63,973 nucleotides of DNA, filler included, from Trichosphaerium sp. ATCC 40318 (GCA_038496445.1; 3 parts of 3 records of this genome joined end to end with filler, not necessarily neighbours in it); one strand, 5' to 3'; counted from the first letter of the whole stretch, positions 15,583 through 29,363 are shown. Made by a program: numbers and translations. Notes: generated by a model not told the origin, from the letters alone.

Positions 15583-15754
15583 ATACGAGAGATCAAGGCT
15601 GGCAAGAGTATATGACTGTTATATGGTTGTATTGTTTCAATCACTAATGGATTACATACCAAGATGTGATGATGGAATAACAATGACTCTGTCACTGTCG
15701 TCTATTGTTAATTGGACAAGAAATCTTGAAAGGAAAAAAGAAACAAACCATATT

Positions 15755-16697
15755 CAGGGGTAAAAATATTCTCAGCAAATAAATAGCATTTGCCAGCAAA
15801 ATTTACTGGCAAATCATAAGATTTTGCTGGCAAAAAAATCCATTAAATTCAGGGTTTTTGCTGGTTTTTTTGGCAAACATTACTTGCAAATATCGTCATT
15901 TGCCAGCAAATATCCATGGTATTTGCTGAAAATACACAGTAAAAAAAAACACATTTGACAATAAAACCAGTCAGGAGTTTCAATCAATGCACAAGTTATT
16001 TTATTTAAATCACATGCACAAATACAAAATCACATTACAATGTACATAGAGTGTTTTTCTGTTGGGTGATTGGAATATTTCGCCATATGATTCTATACCA
16101 TGTACCCCCCTGTAAAATGGTGCTGCGCATCTAATGCAAGTGGTTTCATCAAAATCCGTGTATTACTAAGAGCTACAGAAGTATGTAAATATAAATCGCT
16201 CGAAAATAAATAAATTAATACTTACATACCTCCGGACGCCTGCGGAAGGCAGGTACTTCCATAATACTTTTGTTGTTAATGTAAATTGGTCTTGCGGTCA
16301 CAGGGAGCTTCGTTTGGTTAAATTCCATCAATTACTAAGAACGCTACATACCTTTTAATAGTGATCATCCAAAATCGTTTTGGGCTCACATTGAAAAAGT
16401 ATGTCAAGTCAAAGAGTTTTTTCTTGGGAATATTATAGCTGGTGTTTTTTGGCCAACTCAGCAAAACCATGGCATTTGCCAGCAAATGGCAAATATTTGG
16501 ATTTGCTGGCAAATGACAGTTCTTGTTAATTTGCAAAATGGCAAAACCATGGCATTTGCCAACAAACAGCAAATATCAAGATTTGCCATCAAATGACAGT
16601 TTTTGCCATTTCAGTAAAAATGGCAAAACTCAGCATTTGCCAGCAAGTGGCAAATATCAAAATTTGCCAGCAATTGCCATAGATATTTTTACCCCTG
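15755..16697. mobile_element. Non-autonomous TIR DNA transposon, CAGGGGTAAAAATAT termini, copy C
   Basis: TIR CAGGGGTAAAAATAT...ATATTTTTACCCCTG. 2-bp TT duplication; removing the element plus TT restores CAT ATT GTT GTT GTA. Subterminal TTTGCCAGCAAA repeats. Confidence 0.92.
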
Positions 16698-17061
16698 TTG
16701 TTGTTGTACTGGAAGAATTAGAAGAATTCAAAGAAAGTATAAAGAAAGTTCCTCTAAAGACTGACTTTCCTAAATATGAAGGTACCCTTCATACTGATTA
16801 ATAGCTCTCAATAATAAGTAAATTTATAGGTGGAGATGACTTTAATAAGGCTATACAGTATATTAAAGAACAGTTTACATGGCAAAGTGGAAAGATTGAT
16901 GTTATACTTGAAACATCTTTTGGATGGAACGAAGCACGTCTGTTTGTTAGTAGGGGATATGGTCCTTTGTTATTTTAAAATTGGAATGAGCCTTCGATTG
17001 ATAGCAAGACTCGTCTGTAATTGATAGATTTTAGTGATGTAGGTAACTAGTAAAGTCAAGT

Positions 17062-18551
17062 TTAAAGACTCTGAGAATCAGTCCAACTCTCTGATCCAGA
17101 ATTATCAAAAAATGATACTGTGTTTTGTTCAGGCTCGCCAAGACCAAGATCATCTACTGTAGGTAAATCATCTACAGCGGAAGGAGCACTCTTTTTCTTA
17201 GAGGTCTCGCTAGACTTTTTCCTTTTGCTCTTTTTCTCCACAGCAGCCTATATTACCAAAATTAAGAAAATAATGAGATTTGAACAAAGTTGTCTACAAA
17301 GTCAAGGAAAGTTGTTTCATTTTCAAAGTTTACGCACTTTTTTAGCGTTTCTTTCGGCACGTTTTTCCCTTCGCTTTTTCTTGTCTTCTTTTATTGCTTG
17401 CTTATCCTTTGAGGCACGTTCTTTTTTAACTTTTTCAATTTTTTTCTTATTCGCTCTTTGTTGTGTTGGTGTCTTTGCTACTTTTTGATCAAGTTTACCA
17501 TAAACTAAACGGTATGAATTAGATGTAAAATATGTAAGTAATAGTATAATAACAGGAATATCCACGAGTTAAGAAATTTGCAAAGAAACAAACGTTTCCA
17601 ACCAAACAAAAAAAAAAAGAAATGGTGTCACGACTAACCTTCAATAGCCTTTGATTTTTCGGTTTCCTGTACAAGTTCATCATTTAGAGTAATGAGACTA
17701 TGTAATCGAGAGATTGTGTACAACCTAAAAGCACCATGAACACAACGAAATAACAATCGCGCATTTTCCTGTCGCTGAGAGCAAAAAAAAAAAAAAAGAA
17801 AGTAAAAACACGTGTTTATTTTATTGCTCCAAAACTGGTAAATTCTGTTTCGTTGCAGTGTGGGCAAGGCAAAAATACACGTATATTGGGAAGTAGATAC
17901 ACGATAAAAAAAATATGCAAAAAAAACGTGATGCTTTCTGGGTACCTAAAATCACTATACTGCTTCGGTGAGCCTCCATTCATGTAGTTAGGGCATGCCT
18001 CGTTACCCAACATACTTAGGTGTTCAATATAAGGACAACTAGTAACGAGGGTATCGATGAAAGCGACCAAGTTGTCAATTTCGTTTTTGTTAACCCTCTC
18101 GTAGCGTTAGTACCGCCTAACAGTTGAACTAGATATGGTACGGCAAAAATACATGAAGAATACACGAAATATGCGAAATTCGCAACAAATCAAATCTACA
18201 AAATAAGAAAAGGCGCGTACCACAGTGTTTTAAGCTTTGGGAGCGGTGGGAAGAGTGAGAAGGCGGTCAAGCAATTGCTATCCGCAACAAGTGTCTCTAA
18301 TTCCACAAAGCTGCGAAGAGCCGATAAATTGCTATTGACGCTCGTTTTAGAAGGAAAGCAGCAATATTACCAATACCTTATGTTATTATCTGTCAAATCG
18401 AGAGTTCGAACATACCGAGCATATAATTGTACTAAAACGTATCAGCCAGAGGCTTCTTAACAATCGTACTAATTTTCAATGGAATATCATCAATGTTATT
18501 AAAAGCGAGGCTTAAGCGATCACCCTTTAATGGTGACTTTGGACCACTCAT
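17062..18551 (-). CDS. LRR protein resembling LRMDA/C10orf11, with a Lys-rich C-terminal tail
   Basis: RLSLAFNNI, LWVNKNEIDNLVAFIDTL..IEHLSMLGNEACPNY..YSDFRLYTISRLHSLITLND (LRR plus LRRcap as in LRMDA). ATG 18551, TAA 17064-17062. Confidence 0.7.
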
Positions 18552-18734
18552 TGTGACATGTCCTGTTTTCTCGTGTCAAAAACCAGAAGCAATGAAAATC
18601 AGAGCGAAAATCGTTTGGTCTTCAACAGTAATACAGACACTTCTCACTGAGGACCGAGTCATATAACAAGCTCTTTGGTAGTGTACAAATGCTTCAAGAG
18701 CGCTATAAAGCATTTTAGATAACTACAGATCTGA

Positions 18735-21144
18735 ATGTCTTTTTTACTTGATGACCAGCAAGTACGTGCTCTGTGTATCACCGCAGTATTATTTACACGC
18801 GCTTTGCTATATAATTTGGGTTATATTGCACTATTCATATAATAAATGTTTTTAGGATGATATAAGAGGCCAATTGCTACAAGAGAGAAAGCTTAGACAG
18901 AAAGCAGAGCAAAAATATACAAAACTACTTGAACGCGTTAAAAAAGCACAAGCACTACCAACAGAGATAATAGAGGAAGTGGAAGTATCAGTACCATCCT
19001 CACCAGTACGTCGGAGGCTTGTACGCTTTATTTTTTTATTAACTTGTTTTTGCAAAAAAAGGTTGTCGAACACTCTCAAGGAGACCCTGGTTTAGTAGCT
19101 TTGTACTCCCCAAGCTTCCCAAGATCGAAAAAAGTATGAAATGTTTTCTTTTTTCTTTATAACTTAATCTTATTATATTATAGCCTGAAGACACTTATTT
19201 ATCGTCAGCACGCGTTGACAAGTACGTTTGATTTTTTTTGTACCAGTGAAACGGAGCACCAATGCTATTCCTGATTTTTGGAGAATTTGATAATCATTGA
19301 TTTCCTTCTTCATTCATTGTCACAAAACTGATTATCATAGACTTCTGTCAGAATCTAGTAATGCAAAGGCTGATTTCTCAACTGAAACGGTTACTACAAA
19401 CAATGCAAACGATCAACAATTGGCAGAATTGAAGCGGTTAAATGAAGAATGCCAAAAATTAAAAGCAGAAAGAACAGATTTACAAAAACAACTGTTAGAT
19501 CAATCGGAAGCTATTAGGATTGTACAAGTACGTTTTCTTTGAATACGCGGTATAGTAGAAATGTCATCTTTGATGCAAAAAAAATTGTTGAGATGAGATA
19601 AGCACGCAACAAGCTTGTTGCAAAATTTATTTGTTTACTTTTTATAGCTTATTTTGTGTTGCTTACTTCTACTTTTTTAGAAAGGTAAAGCAGTATCAGA
19701 TACCACCCTGGATGTTACTAGAGATTTAACTATTAAACTCAAGGACGCACTGGAAGCTAAAATGGAAGAGGTTCGTTGAAAAACTTGACATGAGATCTTT
19801 TGAAAGAATTCCTTCTTTGTTCGCTTAACATGATGACATGCATGTATCTCTTTCTAACTTATTAATCAAGATAATTAAATTAAAACAAGAGATCGAAGAG
19901 CTCAAGAAACATGACCAGCGGTATAAGCTTGTGTGCAACGAAAAACTGTACGTCCTCTCGACTTTTTTAGTTTTAGTCAAAGAACAACTGTTTATCTTTA
20001 TGCTAATTTTTTGTGACACAGACAGCTGGAAGTTGATAAAGTTACATGGGGATCAAAGTACACTATGATAAACGAGGAAAAGAATAAACTAGCAGCACTT
20101 TGTAGAGAAAAGTAAGTTGTCAGCTAAACAGAGAAAAAAAACCATAAAAAAAACACGTCGCCGCTGGAGCAAATCTGTTTTCTTCTCTCTGTCTTTTTTT
20201 TGGTTTTCCTTCTCTGTTATGCTTCCAGTTATACGTTATGTTAATATTATTCTGTTTAGGGATGAAACTATACAAGGTTTAGAGAGTTTAATAGAGTCTA
20301 AAGATGATACTATTGAAAAAATGGCAAGAAAGTTGCTTAACTTAAAAAATCGAATAGATAATGTAGAAGTGCAAATGTGTAAGTTCTTCGTAAAGAAAGT
20401 ATACAAATTCTTCTACACAAACACTGATGCCACTGTACGTATACACTCATTTCTGAAAATTACAAAAAAGAATTTCTAAAAACAAGCCAATTTTCTTGTG
20501 TTCAAAGAAACCAAACTGTCTTGCCGGGTGTTGTATTTTTTTCAGTTCTACTGTTCTACAAACTTCTTTGTATATCTTACTAACTTGAATTTATAGTTGG
20601 TTGTATCAAAAGCACCTACTACTGCTGTTTATAGCTTGGATATTTTTACAAATGGAAAACGAACAACTCATCCATTTGACACAATACAGTCAATTTTAAA
20701 ACATACAGACTCTACTACACGATTCACAATACAGTATACGGTACGGTTTTAAACTATTTTATGTGTTAAAAAGATACTTGTTATTGACAAACCAAAAAAC
20801 GAAAAAAACAAGAAAAAGTGCCAGTAGATTTATTTTTGAAAGAATTTTTGGTTTTGGATTTTTTGCTTTTGCTTTGACTTAGTTTCATCTAGGATGCTGG
20901 TCATACCGATGTATTCGAGTCAGCTATTAGGGAAGAAGTATTAAACGCCTTATATGGGTACTATAAGAAACATACAAAGACAGCAAAAAAGAAAAAAGAG
21001 CTTCAAGAGCGAAAAGGAAAAAAAGAGTCACCTACAAAATCAAGGCCTCCTTCATCACCTAAAAAGGATATTAATGGGAAAGGAAATGATGCTGATGCCA
21101 AAAAAAGTGGTAAAAAAGTTAGTAATAGCCCTACAAAGGCTTGA
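18735..21144 (+). CDS. Coiled-coil protein with a possible C-terminal PH-like domain
   Basis: MSFLLDDQQ|DDIRGQLLQERKL..; several heptad-rich exons; terminal globular segment CKFFVKKVYKFF..RFTIQYT..FESAIREEVLNAL. TGA at 21142-21144. Confidence 0.6.
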
Positions 21145-22460
21145 TTTTTCGAAGAAAAAAAAATTAAGGAAAAAAAAAAGTTTTAAGATCTGTTGTAAAT
21201 AAAAATTAAGAATAATCCTTCAGCCAGTACTGCTAGTAACACAGCGACATTAAAGAACGACCAAGAAACGACATCTCTCATCTCCATATTTTTTGACAAG
21301 ATAGCTCAATTGAACTCTAAGCCCTTATCACCGTAACACTTAGAAATTTACCTGCAAGTTTCGTATAAATTGTTAGTAGAACCAGTTCCCTATATTGAGA
21401 TATTAATACGCAAATATTCTGGCTATACAATAGAGTGTACTACGTTTATCAGGCTGAGAAAACTCTTCTCATAGGATATTGGACGGTTGGGCTCAGCGAA
21501 CATGTGAACTTCAAATACATTGCTCAACAAAGTCGTGACTATTGTGGCTGTAGTTATAAAGCACGTGATTAGGTACAGTAATGACAAACAGTTAATTTTA
21601 TTGTTGGACAAGAACTTGCAGTAACGTCTAATGGTTCTATTACTATTTTCTAGAGCTACAATTTACGTAGACTAAACATTTGCTACAACGACTGCTTTCT
21701 ACATTTGCACAAACTCCAACAAATATAACTTTCGACGCACAATTCTATACTTTCCATGGATAACACCTAACTTGCTTTGGTACCATAAAATATTCTTGTT
21801 GGAGCTATAGCAAAGCTAGTTAAACGTTTTGACGTATGTAAACGTATTGGTAATGTTGAATATCAAAAATATGGGAAGAACGCACTACAAACAAAATCCT
21901 GGGTAAAACCCAACTTCTTTTATGCTACATATCACGTGGAGCCTATTTTTTGGTCGTCCCTTTTTTGTCCCTTGTCATAAAAATCGTTACTTACCATAAT
22001 CTTCCCAAAAACCAAATCTAAGGTGCTGTAGCCCTCATCCAGCGACTAAGCACCTCCAGATTTTCCAAAGCTTCCAGATTTACCCCGTTCCCATCAATAT
22101 TTAAGAAAACCCGAACTGAAAATTTTTCGTTTAGGAACATGACTTTTTTTTGTTGTTCTACATGTTAATTTAGTCTCAAAGGGTCGTTGACTCTACCAAT
22201 GTAGCCAGATTTCTGTTAAAAACTGGCACAAAATTGTGAAACGATAATTTCGAAATGAATACAAACCCTATCTCTTCACATGTAGGTCACTTACATACAA
22301 AATAAAGTAGAAAAAAAAAGGAAAAATACTTGTGACCTTTTTTTTTTCGGGTATGATCAATAATCTTCTTCCCAGGATTTTTCTCCATTTTTCTGACTAA
22401 GAATACAAGTGTTGACATTTTCAACCGATGCATTTACCATTAATAGCAACAAAGAAGACA

Positions 22461-23571
22461 ATGATTAGCAACATTAGACTATTTGTTCTTGTGTTCATTG
22501 CAATACATCTATGTACAACTGTAAACGGAGCTTTCAACCCTTCAGACTACACCAACAGTAAGGAGATCGTATCTGGAAAGTACACAGTGTATTGGAGAGT
22601 TGACGAAGCTAATAATGATATCTATCTGGCATTCAAAGCGGAGACATTAGGATACGTCGCTTTTGGTATCGGCGAACCCACAAGCGGAAGGTACAGAACA
22701 GACTAGCCTTTGTTTTAGCTGTCCTAAGTCACAACAATCCAAATAAAACTAAATGTTATCTCTAGTATGGGTGGTTCTGATATTGTGTATGGATTTGTAG
22801 ACGGTAAGCAAGCACAAACAAAATGATCAAGATTTCGGGTTTGGTGGTTTTGTTTCTGAACTTTTTTTTTGTTGTTTGTATGAAACTGTACCAAGGCTTA
22901 CTCTTGTATAGATATCACTGGAAGGAAAGAAGTTAACGATATGTACAGTACAAAGGTACACTCACAAATTCATTGGGAAATGGTCTCACTCTCTGTGGGT
23001 GGTTTTTTTTGGCTATGTACCACTACATCTATCTCAAATATGCTCCGTTTTCTTTACTGTTCCACGAAAACTACTGTTTTTTCGTAACTGACGCTTGATT
23101 TATCTAGACCGGCTTAACACCATTGAGAGATGATTGCCAGCATTGGAAAATAGTAGAAGCTGAACAAACTGCCACTGAAACGATTATCGAAGTACAAAGG
23201 AAGCTTGAAACACAAGATCAAAATGTGCGTATAGTCAATCAAACAGCTGCACTGCTCACTCACTTTATAGGATCGTGCTATCACACCTGGAGTCAATAGA
23301 GTAGTAGTTGCTTGGGGTAGTTCTGATACATTCTCTTACCATGGAGAAAATAGAGGTGCGGTAGCTTGCCATGCTTCTCTTTTGTTATGTTTGATTCACG
23401 TACATTCCGAGGACATCTTTCTTCTCATACCTTTTGTAGTTGCTACTGCCATTGTATTCTTTGGAGATTCACCTCTAGATCCACCACCTGGAACAACGTT
23501 TCAGGCTGTCAACATGAAGAGTACGTCTATTGTTTTTTTTTTACAAAGTGTTTATTTTCTTTTAGATTACA
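22461..23571 (+). CDS. Secreted DOMON-domain protein (DBH-like monooxygenase type), truncated at the assembly gap
   Basis: Signal peptide, then YTVYWRV..IYLAFKAETLGYVAFG..MGGSDIV..RKLETQD..DRAI..RVVVAWG..SYHGENR. Confidence 0.85.
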
Positions 23572-23671
23572 NNNNNNNNNNNNNNNNNNNNNNNNNNNNN
23601 NNNNNNNNNNNNNNNTTAATTAATTAANNNNNNNNNNNNNNNNNNNNNNNNNNNNNNNNNNNNNNNNNNNN
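23572..23671. other. Artificial 100-nt contig linker (N44-TTAATTAATTAA-N44)
   Basis: Six-frame-stop palindrome flanked by N runs; identical to the linker at 50854-50953. Confidence 0.97.
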
Positions 23672-24768
23672 CAAACCTGTCAAATCAATCATTGAGTTTG
23701 CTTCAAGTGCCTCAAATCATCCATCACTGACAAGTCTTTACCTTGAGTTCAGATTTGGAGTGGTTCTAAAGAATGAAAAAGGTAAAAATACTTTTACTTT
23801 TGTATCCACGTGCAAAAACACGTGCCATTTGGGTTTTATCAAAACTTACTAACCCGTTGTTTTACACAGTGATGAAAGCTTTGTCACATATTGTCCAGAA
23901 TGCAGGACTCTCATTGTTTTCTCTTGAAGTCAAGACTACTCCAGTGTTATCTCAATACGCACATTTGCTTGAAAAGGATTAGGAGAAAACACAACAATAC
24001 AGAATTACGAGGTTCTCAATGTTGCTTCAGAGTCCCTGGCCCTTGTTATAGCAAAAGCATTAAAGACGAATAATACCCTAAAGTATTTGAAACTAAGTCA
24101 CCTCATAGACGATGAAGGCACGCAAATCTTTGCATTGTTTAAAATTTCGTTTTCTTTAGATAGATTTTTTACCCTTCTCAGTGTTAATTTATTAGGATCT
24201 TATGCGCTAGCACAAGCGTTTGAAGAATCCGATACCCTCAAGAATCTAGACATTAGTAGGAACCAGTTGGCAAACAATAAAGCCTTGAAGCAAATAAAGG
24301 ATACAAATAACAGTAGAACGAAAAAAAAACAAGATGGGGTAAAATGAAGGGCTCTCACTTGAGAAGTGCTAAAGCGAAAAAAGAGCCAGTAAGCAGTTTG
24401 TCCTTTAGCGAGTCAGCTTCTGTAGAACAAGAAGATCATGTTACCAACATTATAAAGGCTGAATGTAAAGGAACAAAGGATACTGCTGAGAGCAAGAAGG
24501 TAAAAGATGAAAGCTTGAGTGCTAGTACAGTATCAAAGAAAGAAGAGAGTTATTCATCACACAACAATAGAACTAATTCAGTTGCAGACTACGAAACTGT
24601 TTCACCTTACCTTGAAGCTAATGAACAAAGTGTGATTAGTAAGATGCAGGATAGGATAAATAACTTGGAATCACAAGTTCAATCATTGGCCAAACTAAGT
24701 ATGAACCTTCAAGAACAATGCACAGAATTAAATGAGAAATTAAAAGTTTGATGGAAGAAAGGGATTAA
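23672..24768 (+). pseudogene. 3' part of an RNI-like LRR/coiled-coil gene; inverted paralogue of 26464-28559, with frameshifts
   Basis: KPVKSIIEFASSASNHPSLTSLYLEFRFG and KKEESYSSHNNRTNSVADYE..MQDRINNLESQVQSLAKL are shared with the minus-strand copy, including intron positions. Frameshifts at ~23978, ~24325 and ~24748. Confidence 0.75.
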
Positions 24769-24909
24769 TAAATATTAATTTAATTTTAATATTTGCACGT
24801 GTGCTACGCTGTGTGATTTGTACAAAAATTGTTTCGTTCTCACTCGACCTGTCCTCAGTACCTTCAAGACGGTATTGGCTACTATAACAGTCCCTGTTAC
24901 GTTATCTGA

Positions 24910-26069
<1,160 letters not shown>

Positions 26070-26463
26070 TTTTATTTGAAAACAAACAAAATAATTAATA
26101 AAAAAAATGTCATACAAGTATACTCCTCTGTCTTGTTGTGACTTTCTACTCCAACCATCACGCGAAATAATCAATAAAAATACATCTACAGGCCAGCTTG
26201 GGTACTCTACTAGAGCTACCTATCCTCACAAAGCATCTCAAAACCTGCTTTTGGGCTAGGAACTACAACTTTGTTTCAAGTCAAACCTAGAACTTGACGC
26301 CTAGGTTTTCGAATAATCTTAAACTCAATGCTTGTATTCTGGTCGGTATTGACATGCAACAGAACAAATGGGAACTACAGCTAACTTTTATTATCTAATT
26401 TTATGCCGCACTTTTATAAGGTGAGCGGTCTTTGCCAATTAGAAAAAAACCTGTTAAGAATTC

Positions 26464-28559
26464 TTATTGATCCCTTTCCGCCATTAACAACTCTACTTTT
26501 TCTTGAAGGTTCATACTTAGTTTGGCTAATGATTGAACTTGTGATTCCAAGTTATTTATCCTATCCTGCATCTTACTAATCACGCTTTGTTCATTAGCTT
26601 CAAGGTAAGGTGAAGCAGCTTCGTAGTCTGCAACTGAATTAGTTCTATTGTTGTGTGATGAATAACTCTCTTCTTTCTTTGATAATGGACTAGCACTCAA
26701 GCTTTCATCTGATAATGGACTAGCACTCAAGCTTTCATCTTTTGCCCTCTTGCTCTCAGCAGCTTCCTTTTTGAGTGCTTCACGAAATTCTTTGGCCTTT
26801 TTTAAGGCATCAAGTTCATCCCTTCTAATTCTAGCCGCTTGTTCTTCATCCACAGATTCACTTGACGAAGATGCGGACATGCGAAATTTTTTTTTCGACT
26901 TTACATCACTAGTTTTCTTGCCCTTTAGAGCCCACGTAGTTTTTTTCTCTCGGTTATTATTTGTCACCCTGATTCGATCCAAGGCTTTATTGTTTGCCAG
27001 TTCATTCTGTGTAATATCTACATTCTTGAGGGTCTCGGATTCCTCAAATACTTTCGCTAGTGCAAAAGAACCTAATATTAAAAACAATAAGTCAACGTTT
27101 AGGTTGAAAACTAACTATCAAAACAAAGCAGAGATTTGCGTGCCTTCATCGTCTATGAGACGATTTAGTTTCAGATACCTTAGGGTATTATTCGTCTTTA
27201 ATGCTTTTGCTATAACCAGAGCCAAATACTCTGAAGCAACATTGAGAACTTCGAAATTCTGTATTGTTGTGTTTTCTGCTAGAGCTTGTCCAAGCAAGTG
27301 TATATGTCGACATAATATTGGATTCATCTTGACTTCAAGAGAAAACAATAATAGCCCTGCATTCTGGACAATATGTGATAAAGCTTTCATCACTGTGTAA
27401 AACAACACGGTTAGCAAGTTTTGATAAAAACCAAAATGACACGTGTTTTTGCACGTGGATACAAAAAGTAAAGTATTTACCTTTTTCATTCTTTAAAACC
27501 ACTCCAAATCTGAACTCAAGGTAAAGACTTGTCAGTGATGGATGATTTGAGGCACTTGAAGCAAACTCAATGATTGATTTGACAGGTTTGTCATAAATGT
27601 AAAACACTTCACCAGGGTATGTCCTTCCAGTGTGAGAAATAGATAAAGTCTCAAGTTTCGAGAATCCAGGAGATGCAAGAAGCTCTGCAATATGAAAGAA
27701 ACCGTCTCCTTCAACACCCTCAAGTGTCAACCGCTTGAGTTTGGGACACTTTGCTGTAGCAAACATTTTCAAATGGTTTTTGGTGATGATTGGTTTATCA
27801 CGTGCTTTGGCCAAGAAGTGCAGATCTTTTAGCTTTGGAGGGAAGTTATTTCCAAGTACTAAGAATAGATTGTAAGGGCAAGCAAGTAAAATAAGCTCTG
27901 AATATTCAAAACAACAAAAACAAAAACTCTTTCCAAAAAGAAACTATAACGTGCTCTAGTTAGTTGTCACGTGCCTTCAAATAGTTTGTTGAGATTACAA
28001 TGTTTGTCCAATTCAATGAGTGATAGAGATTTGAGTCTGCTGTGTAGATTATTGACTAAGAGGTCCAAACAAGGCTAACAGAAGTAAGAAACAAAGAAGA
28101 AGACTCTTTTAAAACGAATTAAGAGAAAGCACAAAAACAATACCATATACGTGACATTCCATCCATACGATCGTCCTAAGCCTGATGGGTGTATTACTAC
28201 ATCGTCTACTCTACTTTCACCCTAGTTTTGGTTTAATTTTCTGTTGTAATGTGTAGAACCACTACTGGCGGTCGTGATAGCGCATGTTATCGCGTAAGAA
28301 AGCTGTTACAGCTTGTCAAAAACTGGAAATCAAGCAAACTGTTTTAACGCGCTTTAAAAACGCCTGTATATCAATAAATACAACTTACCAGAGCTTTGAT
28401 AAACTGTTCGCGCTGTTTTGAGGTGCTCGTTCCAACAAAGCAACGAATTTCCTGTGGTACACCTCTCTTTGTGTTAATCGACGTGATTTCGCCTTGAGTG
28501 AGCATTCGACACAGTTTCTGGCATCTTCTTTTGTTTACTTGCTTGTATGACTCAGCCAT
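26464..28559 (-). CDS. RNI-like leucine-rich-repeat protein with a C-terminal coiled coil
   Basis: LKRLTLEG, LETLSIS, LTSLYLE, ALAENTTIQ, ALKTNNTLRYLKL..IDDEG|SFALAKVFEESETLKNVDITQNEL. A 30-bp tandem duplication at 26681-26740 encodes DESLSASPLS twice. Confidence 0.8.
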
Positions 28560-29363
28560 TCACGTTATACAGCCTGTGGTATTGTGCTTTTTGTTTTAAA
28601 CGGGTTTTAAACCCGAAAAAGCAATTGGAAGTTCTTGTTGACACTTGTTCACTAAATACCCGCTTTCAGTTAACCTCGCTTTCTCATTTTTAGCCAAGGA
28701 GGTTTGCAAACGACGTGGACCAAGTAGCAAGTACGCACGTGTTGTCAAACGACTGGGCAGTATTAATACAACACGTGAATAAACTCGCTGTTTTTTTTTG
28801 GAGAATAATTATTTTACGTGGAGGCTTGCTGTTCCTCAGTCTACTCATAGGCTAAGTGTCACAAGGAAAATCTTAATATAACAATCAAAGACAGTGTTAG
28901 CTGGACAATAGTGTTGAAATATTTTACAAAAACTGTTGCTGAGTACAGTGTAAAACAACATTGACCCAATTTCGAAAGTAGTAAGAAAACGTTACAAACC
29001 AAATATCCACCAGTTTCCCGTGTACATGGTCAGCGATTTCAAGCTGAACTTTAGATGTTGGTGATTTGTTCCAAAGTGACTGACTAGTATCATTAAAAAG
29101 CATATTTTTGAACAAACCAAATTATCCTCGATATCCATTTCGTCATCACTCATAGCCCTAAACCATTTCCATACCTCGTGTAGCTGGCTATTCTCCTTTG
29201 GCTATCTAATTCTCTGACGCATGTTTTTTAGTTATTAAAGGAGTGCATCTTCTAGTTCAACTTTGAAAAGGTCGACGGCCGTTTAAAGTCAGTGAAAAAC
29301 GGTGACTTATAAAATAAATTTCCGTAAAATAATACGATAGCTTTATTCATTGCTTTGCAACTA

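Larger units (their letters stand above)
13330..16978 (+). pseudogene. Divergent heterotrimeric G-protein alpha-like C-terminal half, interrupted by three TIR elements
   Basis: Joining 13330-13401, 14444-14479, 15585-15754 and 16700-16978 gives one frame: GYSSIISCVNCSVIVLDYSRRLHNNYERSRLARVYDCYMVVLFQSLMDY..SLSSIVNW..HIVVVLEELEEFKESIKKVPLKTDFPKYEG|GDDFNKAIQYIKEQF. This parallels G-alpha from the G3 region to the end, but DVGGQ and NKxD are degenerate. Confidence 0.6.

Noticed and set aside
15755-16697. Copy C as an Introner spliced out via GG|GTAAAA and CATAG| near its ends
   Set aside because: That splice leaves the host gene out of frame, and copies A and B have no equivalent sites.
21200-21900. 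Possible decayed minus-strand gene
   Set aside because: Coding-like composition but no continuous frame or motif I can support.
23616-23627. TTAATTAATTAA palindrome (also at 50898-50909) as a biological site
   Set aside because: It sits in the centre of identical N linkers, so it is an assembly spacer; adjacency across it is not trusted.
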